DNA from: Melioribacteraceae bacterium
GTDB taxonomy: Bacteria > Bacteroidota > Ignavibacteria > Ignavibacteriales > Melioribacteraceae
DNA: 64,000 bases
NCBI GenBank assembly: GCA_041674625.1
Contig: JBAYVI010000001.1
Location: 11,421-75,420, forward strand
Direction of reading: 5' to 3'
Below the pieces are notes generated by a model. It was not told the origin of the DNA and did no database searches. It saw only the letters and a list, made by a program, of their open reading frames with translations. This document shows positions 8,473-15,042 of the stretch, piece by piece. The position numbers were made by a program, and so were the translations under genes. Every line of letters starts with the position of its first letter. The stretch's first letter is position 1.

Positions 8473-8922
8473 TTATTTAACTTTCCTTGTCGGCCCATTT
8501 AATAGAGAACTTCTAATTTCCATAATCATTTTACCAAGATTGTTTTGGCCTTGTCCAGTTTTAAGGCAAATGCCCCAAATTTTATCGTTCCAATTATTTC
8601 CTTCTTCTATAGCTAAATTAGCTGTATTTATCAACTTTGATTTGTATGGTTCTTGTCTGAATTTCTGTTCTAAACATTTTCTCATTACATTGAATTTTTC
8701 TTTATTCCAATTGTCAATTAGTTTTATACTCCTTGACTGCTTTTTAACAGTTCCTGCAAATTTAGTATCTTGACAAAACGCTTTCCATTCTATATTGTCT
8801 GATTTGGCTGACATATACGCATGTTCTACGCTTTCATAAATAATCCCATCTAATTTAACCTTACATGGAGCAAAATTCGACAACCATCTATATTCACCTT
8901 GGAACTCTTTGATCTTTTTCAT
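8473..8922 (-). CDS. NADAR (YbiA/DUF1768) family protein
   Basis: YRWLSNFAPCKVKLDGIIYESVEHAYMSAKS and WGICLKTGQGQNNLGK match the NADAR-domain pattern (from memory). Confidence 0.75.
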   Translation of the reverse strand: MKKIKEFQGEYRWLSNFAPCKVKLDGIIYESVEHAYMSAKSDNIEWKAFCQDTKFAGTVKKQSRSIKLIDNWNKEKFNVMRKCLEQKFRQEPYKSKLINTANLAIEEGNNWNDKIWGICLKTGQGQNNLGKMIMEIRSSLLNGPTRKVK

Positions 8923-8923
8923 T

Positions 8924-9295
8924 TTAATCTCCCTTAAACCAATGCTTAGATTTTGACACTTTAAAATTTCCTCGAATAATTATTCCATTCTCAAATAAAA
9001 TGTATCCTTCCTCGAATCCATGGCCGCAACATGCGTAGCGCACACCAGGAAGGTTTCTAATGCATGGATCATGTCCTTCTATGGTCTCTTTATCGCCGCA
9101 TTTAGGACAAGGTCTATTATGCTCGTATATTGATTCGTCATTATCTATAAATTTATAATTATCGAATTCGTATTTTCCATCTGGCTCGTCACAATAAGAT
9201 TCGTATCCAAAGTGCCTGCCTCTTCCGTTCATATACTTCTCTTGATCTTTCATTTCTTTCCTAAAATTTGAATTTAAATAAAATACATCCGCCAA
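8924..9295 (-). CDS. hypothetical Cys/His-rich protein (123 aa)
   Basis: Track ORF with CPKCGD...HDPC...CCGHG. The start may instead be an internal Met (MKDQEKY). Confidence 0.5.
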   Translation of the reverse strand: MADVFYLNSNFRKEMKDQEKYMNGRGRHFGYESYCDEPDGKYEFDNYKFIDNDESIYEHNRPCPKCGDKETIEGHDPCIRNLPGVRYACCGHGFEEGYILFENGIIIRGNFKVSKSKHWFKGD

Positions 9296-9530
9296 TTAAT
9301 TCTTTGTTCTCGATTTCTATTCCTTTAATCACAATAGGTATATTTATTTTGGTATAGTACTCTTTCTTTTCGAGAATGTCAATCCATTGTGTTTGTATTA
9401 GGTACGGTAATATTAGTATGATTAAGAGGTGCTTAATCGTTCGTCCTTCATGTAATTTTCTGAGTCCGTTGAAAAAATCATCCGCATCAATCGGTTGTTT
9501 AGTAATCCATTTCTTAAATTGTTTATACAT
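9261..9530 (-). CDS. hypothetical protein (89 aa)
   Basis: Track ORF. Its ATG overlaps the stop of the SLOG-like ORF (ATGTATAA). Confidence 0.45.
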   Translation of the reverse strand: MYKQFKKWITKQPIDADDFFNGLRKLHEGRTIKHLLIILILPYLIQTQWIDILEKKEYYTKINIPIVIKGIEIENKELIGGCILFKFKF

Positions 9531-9903
9531 AATATACGAATACCTTTAGATTCAATTCTTTAGCTGTGTTAATCATATTATGAGTTCCTTTACTTTTACC
9601 ATCCCATAAAGCGATCAATGCCTCTGCATTTTCCGCCATTTGTCTATTTCTTCGATGTCCAGCCTTAGCATCATAAGGTTTACCATTTCTTCCTATTTTT
9701 ATAACAGCATCGGGGTGAGATAAATCCTCCCAATCTGCTGGGTATGGATCTATTGTAATTTTATGTCTATTTGCATAAAATTCACCTAATTTATCTGCTC
9801 CTCTAGCTCTACCGCTTATTACTGTAGATATAGTAAAACCTGACTCTTTAACTGCTTTTATGAGATTTATATAATTTGTTGCGTCTCTCGATCCAGCTAT
9901 GAT
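9523..9903 (-). CDS. SLOG-superfamily DUF2493-like protein (no canonical start codon)
   Basis: I hand-translated an uninterrupted frame over 9526..9918: LTVKTIIAGSRDATNYINLIKAVKESGFTISTVISGRARGADKLGEFYANRHKITIDPYPADWEDLSHPDAVIKIGRNGKPYDAKAGHRRNRQMAENAEALIALWDGKSKGTHNMINTAKELNLKVFVYYV. The motifs IIAGSRD, SGRARGAD, PADW, RRNRQM and WDGKSKGT fit DUF2493. It is absent from the ORF track because there is no ATG/GTG/TTG near the 5' end. ATC at 9903 is taken as a provisional start. Confidence 0.6.
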   Translation of the reverse strand: MIAGSRDATNYINLIKAVKESGFTISTVISGRARGADKLGEFYANRHKITIDPYPADWEDLSHPDAVIKIGRNGKPYDAKAGHRRNRQMAENAEALIALWDGKSKGTHNMINTAKELNLKVFVYYV

Positions 9904-9933
9904 TGTTTTAACAGTTAACCCTTAATTTGATAT

Positions 9934-10242
9934 TCAACTCATAAATACAACTTCTTTGATTCCATATTTATCCATTACCTTCTTACAATTATCACAGCAA
10001 TATGTGTGACCGAATAAATATAGCGTTAATCCTTTAGCAAATTCTCCGGCATTTACACAAGCATTAACTTCCGCATGATTTGTTTGCTGACAAATATCTT
10101 TACACAATTCATATCCTGTACCGGATTCCATGTTTTGTCTTGGGCATACTTCTTGTGGGGTTAGGCAATTATTCGTGCCATAAAATATTTTATCTTTATT
10201 TACGATAACGGCTAGGACTGTTTGTTTATCGCATTTACCCAT
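9934..10242 (-). CDS. CMP/dCMP deaminase zinc-binding family protein (short)
   Basis: HAEVNA motif plus a downstream CCDNC zinc ligand pair. 102 aa. Confidence 0.7.
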   Translation of the reverse strand: MGKCDKQTVLAVIVNKDKIFYGTNNCLTPQEVCPRQNMESGTGYELCKDICQQTNHAEVNACVNAGEFAKGLTLYLFGHTYCCDNCKKVMDKYGIKEVVFMS

Positions 10243-11486
10243 TATTTAATGCCTTTGAAAATATGAGCAATTACATCAACTGTCCATCCGTTACCTAGCA
10301 TTTTATATCTTTGTGAATTACTAACACAGTCTGTATAATTATCTGGAACAGTTTGTAGCCTTTCGCATTCTATTGGGGTTAGTTTCCTCCAACCAATAGA
10401 ATTATCATTAACCCACATATTGCCATTTGAATAATTAGTCCTTATAGTTGTTGACTTATCCCCCTTCAATTGTTTTTTATTATACGGATCACAAAATAAT
10501 GAGTCTGTGTTGGCTACATACTTTTCAATACTACCTTCTGAAATTTTATATTTTATAATATCTTCTGATATTAATACGTTACCTACTCCGGCAGTACCTC
10601 CACTATTGGAAGATAGAGTTGGAGATTTCCCTAAAACAGAATAAATTCTTTCTCCTTGTGAGAAATTGCGTTGAAGATTCTTCCCGTCATCTAACCACTT
10701 TTTATTCTTATTTAATCCTCCAATACAAATCAACCCATCATTAGATTTATGATTTTCTATCTTGGTAACACCATTGTCATATATGGCATAATTACCGGAT
10801 GTACATTCTCTTAAAGAATCAAATTTATCTTTCTCTTTGATACCACCTTTATTCCAACCATGCGGCTTCTCAAAAACTAATTGTCTCCTACTATCTGAAA
10901 AGTAACTTTTCAGATTTCCGCCCTTGAAGTAATTAGCATCTACACAATAACTTTTATCTCTATCAACCAATCCATGCTCTATAATATCTTTTAAGAAAAT
11001 CCATTTATCTTCTGGTTGATCTATATCAGGAATATTTGTCCAATAAAGTCTTTTTCTATTCTGGGCAGATACTAAAGAAGAATTTATCATAATTGGCTCA
11101 ACACCTAGTAACTCTGAAATTACATCTTGATATTCTTTCTTCATTTTAACATTTTCTAGAAGGAAATACTTAGGATTTAATTCATTTTTCAACCTTACGA
11201 ATTCAAAGAAAAGTTTACTTCTTGGGTCTTCAAAATTTAATTGTTTTCCAGCAAAGCTAAATCCCTGGCATGGACTACCACCAATAAGCAAATCAATTTT
11301 AGGTAAGTCTTCTACTTTAACATCAACTACAGAGCCAATGTGTTTAGTATTAGGATAATTTTTCTGAGTTACTTTAATTGCATACTTATCAATTTCGGAA
11401 GCATAATAATTATCTACTTTTATACCTGTTCGTTCCAAAGCAATTTGACCACAAGACATTCCATCGAAGACGGATAATACATTCAT
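10242..11486 (-). CDS. DNA (cytosine-5)-methyltransferase
   Basis: Motif I LSVFDGMSCG, motif IV GGSPCQGFS, motif VI LLENV, motif X QRYKMLGNGWTV. Confidence 0.9.
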   Translation of the reverse strand: MNVLSVFDGMSCGQIALERTGIKVDNYYASEIDKYAIKVTQKNYPNTKHIGSVVDVKVEDLPKIDLLIGGSPCQGFSFAGKQLNFEDPRSKLFFEFVRLKNELNPKYFLLENVKMKKEYQDVISELLGVEPIMINSSLVSAQNRKRLYWTNIPDIDQPEDKWIFLKDIIEHGLVDRDKSYCVDANYFKGGNLKSYFSDSRRQLVFEKPHGWNKGGIKEKDKFDSLRECTSGNYAIYDNGVTKIENHKSNDGLICIGGLNKNKKWLDDGKNLQRNFSQGERIYSVLGKSPTLSSNSGGTAGVGNVLISEDIIKYKISEGSIEKYVANTDSLFCDPYNKKQLKGDKSTTIRTNYSNGNMWVNDNSIGWRKLTPIECERLQTVPDNYTDCVSNSQRYKMLGNGWTVDVIAHIFKGIK

Positions 11487-11716
11487 TCGTAAATTCTCCT
11501 GTTCTCAATTGAAGCTAATTGTTCATATCCACATCTATCAATTATATTTAAATTTTTCATATTTCTACTTCTGCTTATAAGAGGCATACATTTTGATCTG
11601 CCAATAGCACAACCAACACCAATAAAAGAACCATTACCAATATGCCATTCCACCATTTGCATCTGAATTTCTGTTAAATCTTCACAATATTTACTAATAA
11701 AATCTAATTCATTCAC
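11483..11716 (-). CDS. hypothetical protein (77 aa)
   Basis: Track ORF, overlapping the start of the methyltransferase gene. Confidence 0.5.
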   Translation of the reverse strand: MNELDFISKYCEDLTEIQMQMVEWHIGNGSFIGVGCAIGRSKCMPLISRSRNMKNLNIIDRCGYEQLASIENRRIYE

Positions 11717-11719
11717 TGA

Positions 11720-12127
11720 TCAATGCTCCTCATATTTAATTTTAGCGTTTAGAAAATACTCTTCGGCACTTCTTATATCTTCCTTTAATTTATTACTTGA
11801 TTTTCTTAATTTATATACATCATGTGCCGCTTCAGTGTATAATTCAATAATATCTTTATTTATGTAAATTTTTCTATTTTTCTGTTTCTTATTTTTTATA
11901 ATAATATAATGCCATTCCTCTAAAATAGCGAGTAGTCTTGAAACCGTCCTCTCATCCACAAAGAGTAGTTTAGAAAAATATTGGTTCCCGGCAAAACATC
12001 CATCTTTATTGCTGCTAAAATAATATATAATACTATACAACTTCTTAGCCATTTCTTGTATATTAATATTATAAACTATCCATTCGTGATAAGTATAGTG
12101 TGGTATTTTTGATTTCTGTTCTTTCAT
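11720..12127 (-). CDS. putative winged-helix/HTH DNA-binding protein
   Basis: FAGNQYFSKLLFVDERTVSRLLAILEEWHYI is HTH-like. The start is set at ATG 12127 with an AGAGGA SD; the track uses TTG 12151. Confidence 0.5.
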   Translation of the reverse strand: MKEQKSKIPHYTYHEWIVYNINIQEMAKKLYSIIYYFSSNKDGCFAGNQYFSKLLFVDERTVSRLLAILEEWHYIIIKNKKQKNRKIYINKDIIELYTEAAHDVYKLRKSSNKLKEDIRSAEEYFLNAKIKYEEH

Positions 12128-12211
12128 TTTATCCTCTTTAGTTAAGAGCAAATTATAATCACGATGTTTTGAAATGTCAAGGCTAAATAGTAGACATTTG
12201 TGTCATTTGAG

Positions 12212-12262
12212 ACGGACATTTCGGTCAGATGCTAGTGAAAATAAAATGACCGAAATGTCCGT
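12212..12262. repeat. 16-bp perfect inverted repeat (operator or 5' structure candidate)
   Basis: ACGGACATTTCGGTCA (12212-12227) / TGACCGAAATGTCCGT (12247-12262) with a 19-nt loop. It lies in the divergent intergenic region upstream of the leftward operon. Confidence 0.6.
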
Positions 12263-12353
12263 ATAATAGAAGAGTATAATAATGTACTAATAAATACATT
12301 AATAGTATTTTCTAAAGAAAATACAAGAAGCGTTTTTAATTTAACACATATCG

Positions 12354-12398
12354 TTAGTTGCTGGCGCAACTAATTAACGGGCCAAAGGCCCGTTAATT
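12354..12398 (+). terminator. tandem hairpins followed by a T-rich tract
   Basis: TTAGTTGC-tggc-GCAACTAA is immediately followed by (AA)TTAACGGGCC-aaa-GGCCCGTTAA(TT), then CCAATTCTATTTATTTTTG. Confidence 0.5.
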
Positions 12399-12442
12399 CC
12401 AATTCTATTTATTTTTGTTCCAATTGTTTATTGCGTAATTTA

Positions 12443-12472
12443 TTAAAGTTTTATATTAATTATGCCGATAAG
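12443..12472 (+). promoter_or_regulatory. sigma-28/FliA-type promoter-like motif
   Basis: TTAAAGTTTT-N11-TGCCGATAAG. It is identical over 32 nt to the 13861-13892 copy. TATAAT follows 3 nt downstream. Confidence 0.55.
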
Positions 12473-12600
12473 GACTATAATTGACACATTAAATTGATTA
12501 AGAGTTAATTAATGGCATATAACACTCTAATTACTTTGATATACTTGACAAATATACGTATCATGATTATTATATAGCAAATAACACTAAAGAGGAATTT

Positions 12601-12846
12601 ATGGGTCAAGAAGACATTAAAATTGATGAAATACCATTTGGCGAATATTGTTATGAAATTCAAGATATTGATTTAAAAACAATGATAGCAAAAATTAGAA
12701 TATGCCCATTTTGGAGTAAAGACGAAACGAAGACAGAGCAAGAAAATGGATATTGTTCATATTTAGATCAAGGAGATTGGGATGGATTCGGCCTTTTATG
12801 GGATCAAGTGAAAGAATGTAGTATTAATTTATCTGAAGATATTTGA
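12601..12846 (+). CDS. hypothetical protein (81 aa)
   Basis: Track ORF with an AGAGGA SD. Confidence 0.6.
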   Translation: MGQEDIKIDEIPFGEYCYEIQDIDLKTMIAKIRICPFWSKDETKTEQENGYCSYLDQGDWDGFGLLWDQVKECSINLSEDI

Positions 12847-12855
12847 GGAATAAAT

Positions 12856-13173
12856 ATGTTAATTAGGGATACAAAAGAAGTATACCGTTTTAAAGTTGAA
12901 AACGCCGTTGGTAAAAATGCGACAGCTAAAAATGTCTTAGATTATTTATTCGGGGAATATCTTGACGAAAGAGGCAAGGCTAATTTCGTATTACGAGAGT
13001 GGAGCACAGATCATAAGACCGCTCTAAATAGAATTAATATGTTTTGGGCTATTCCATTCACGTTGATATGTTCTCCATATCGGTATATTACTAAAGGCTT
13101 TATTGGCTGGGATACTAAAACTGTGCTCGGTAGATTTATTTTAAGAGTAACTGGACATTTGCGAGAAACTTAA
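12856..13173 (+). CDS. hypothetical protein (105 aa)
   Basis: Track ORF with a GAGGAA SD. Confidence 0.6.
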   Translation: MLIRDTKEVYRFKVENAVGKNATAKNVLDYLFGEYLDERGKANFVLREWSTDHKTALNRINMFWAIPFTLICSPYRYITKGFIGWDTKTVLGRFILRVTGHLRET

Positions 13174-13184
13174 GGAGGGATATT

Positions 13185-13292
13185 ATGTTTCAATATCTTT
13201 GCAGGACTTGTAATCATATCTTTTGTAATTCTGATGGGTGTTTGTCTTATCCATGTGAGAAATGTGGTTGTGAAGCTAAGAGAATTAATTAG
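13185..13292 (+). CDS. small zinc-ribbon protein (35 aa)
   Basis: Hand-translated MFQYLCRTCNHIFCNSDGCLSYPCEKCGCEAKRIN. AAGGAGGG SD upstream. Confidence 0.4.
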   Translation: MFQYLCRTCNHIFCNSDGCLSYPCEKCGCEAKRIN

Positions 13293-13314
13293 TATATTTT
13301 AGTTGGTATTCATT

Positions 13315-13665
13315 ATGAAAGAATTATTATCTTCAATCACGAAGAAAGATTTCAAAATTGACTTTTTCTCCGGTACAGGGGCAGGAGGTCAACACAGAAA
13401 TAAACACCAGAATTGTGTAAGATTAACTCACATTGATTCTGGTGTAATGTCTACGGGACAATCAAGTAGAGATAGGATTGCTAACCAAAGAGAAGTATTT
13501 GAATCATTAGTAAATAATCCTAAATTCAAATTATGGCACAATCAAAAATGTATAGAATTAATGACGGGCAAAACAATCGAACAAAAAGTTGATGAATCTA
13601 TGGTAGAAGAAAATCTTAAATTTGAATGTAGAGACGCCGAAAGCGGAATATGGATAAATTTTTAA
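13315..13665 (+). CDS. GGQ-motif RF-1-domain protein (ArfB/peptidyl-tRNA-hydrolase-like)
   Basis: SGTGAGGQHRNKHQNCVRLTHIDSGV is the class I release-factor GGQ domain signature. There is no codon-recognition domain (116 aa). ATG 13315 is preferred over the track's TTG 13303. Confidence 0.75.
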   Translation: MKELLSSITKKDFKIDFFSGTGAGGQHRNKHQNCVRLTHIDSGVMSTGQSSRDRIANQREVFESLVNNPKFKLWHNQKCIELMTGKTIEQKVDESMVEENLKFECRDAESGIWINF

Positions 13666-13675
13666 AGGAACCAAA

Positions 13676-13849
13676 ATGTTAGATGATTTTGACGAAGAAA
13701 GAGAAAAAAGAAATCACAAAAATAAAGGAAAGAAAAAATCTAAAGAATTGAGAGACAGATTTAATAAAATGCAAAAATATAAAAAAGAAGAAGACGAATC
13801 TAAAGAAAATCTAAATAAATGGATCAGAGGAATTGACGATTCCGATTAA
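13676..13849 (+). CDS. small highly charged protein (57 aa)
   Basis: Hand-translated MLDDFDEEREKRNHKNKGKKKSKELRDRFNKMQKYKKEEDESKENLNKWIRGIDDSD. AAGGAA SD. Confidence 0.4.
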   Translation: MLDDFDEEREKRNHKNKGKKKSKELRDRFNKMQKYKKEEDESKENLNKWIRGIDDSD

Positions 13850-13862
13850 ATATTAAAAAGTA

Positions 13863-13892
13863 TTAAAGTTTTATATTAATTATGCCGATAAG
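13863..13892 (+). promoter_or_regulatory. sigma-28/FliA-type promoter-like motif upstream of the packaging/structural block
   Basis: TTAAAGTTTT-N11-TGCCGATAAG, 35 nt upstream of ATG 13927. Confidence 0.55.
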
Positions 13893-13926
13893 TACAATTA
13901 GTAAATAGGAGGTTTTAAAAAATGTA

Positions 13927-14133
13927 ATGAAAAATTCATTCGAAGATGATTCAAAATTTAAAGACATTCTAGAAAGACTAGAAACTGAAGTCAATTCATT
14001 TCAAGAAGAGATTATAAAACTAGACGAATTAGTTGATTATTTTCCAGAATTAGCCGTAGAAGCTACAGTAAAAAAAGACCAGCTTGAAGAAATAATTGAA
14101 AAAATTCAAGAGATAATTGAAGATTATTCATGA
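13927..14133 (+). CDS. hypothetical acidic coiled-coil protein (68 aa)
   Basis: Track ORF with an AGGAGG SD. Overlaps the TerS start. Confidence 0.55.
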   Translation: MKNSFEDDSKFKDILERLETEVNSFQEEIIKLDELVDYFPELAVEATVKKDQLEEIIEKIQEIIEDYS

Positions 14134-14849
14134 AAACCAAAAAAGTAAAAGTTATCACGACTGATTTAAGCACGGACTTAGATACCGAACAACCACAAAA
14201 TCCAGCAACATATTCTGACTATATTCAAGAAACAGAAGATATGATAAATAGCACTGATTATAGTGCTGACGAATTTAACCAAGCAATAAAAATTATTCAA
14301 TCAATAACCGATGCAGATGAATTGCCTTGGAAGGTTCAAAGATTCTGCTCTGAATATGTTGTCCACTACGATGGACAGAAATCAGCTATAAAGGCTGGAT
14401 GGCCAGAATGGAATGCTAATACATTTGCAAAAAGGTTATTATCTCATCCAAGAGTCCGAGCAGAAATTGAACGCCTTCAAAAAAATGTAGCGACTAAACT
14501 TCAGATTACTCAAGAACGAGTCCTAGAAGAAATTGCACATATGGCCTACGGGAACGTTGCAAATTTTTATGATGAAGAAGGTGTATTAATTCCTGTTCAT
14601 AAATTAGAGAAACATATTAGTGCCAGTATTCAGGATATGGTCTATGATAGAGGCGGAAGATTACTAGGTTATAAACTAGCGGCGAAGAGTGTTGCCCTTG
14701 ATGCCCTTTCTAAGACACTTGGTATATTCGATAAAGGTTCAGATAGAACTCTCCCAGTTGATTTAAAACAATTCCTCTCCATGTTGCCACAAGAATTGCA
14801 AGAAACCATCCGCGTGGGATTAGCCAAACGCATTTCAAATAAGAAATAA
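14130..14849 (+). CDS. terS: terminase small subunit
   Basis: QRFCSEYVVHYDGQKSAIKAGWPEWNANTFAKRLLSHPRVRAEIERL is a Terminase_2-like pattern. Position is immediately upstream of TerL. Confidence 0.75.
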   Translation: MKTKKVKVITTDLSTDLDTEQPQNPATYSDYIQETEDMINSTDYSADEFNQAIKIIQSITDADELPWKVQRFCSEYVVHYDGQKSAIKAGWPEWNANTFAKRLLSHPRVRAEIERLQKNVATKLQITQERVLEEIAHMAYGNVANFYDEEGVLIPVHKLEKHISASIQDMVYDRGGRLLGYKLAAKSVALDALSKTLGIFDKGSDRTLPVDLKQFLSMLPQELQETIRVGLAKRISNKK

Positions 14850-14850
14850 T

Positions 14851-15042
14851 ATGCTAGATTATTTAATTCATGTATCTAAAATAGAATACGGTAGTACGGC
14901 TTATTACAGGTCATTCTTTATTTCTGAAAATAAAATAGAACCACTTTGTAATTGTAAAAATGGACATCAAGACCATTCTGATGCTTTGTACTGTAAAAAA
15001 GCAGTTAAGAAAGGTATAGAATATGTTGTGAATTGTGTATGA
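14851..15042 (+). CDS. hypothetical protein (63 aa)
   Basis: Track ORF between TerS and TerL. Confidence 0.4.
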   Translation: MLDYLIHVSKIEYGSTAYYRSFFISENKIEPLCNCKNGHQDHSDALYCKKAVKKGIEYVVNCV

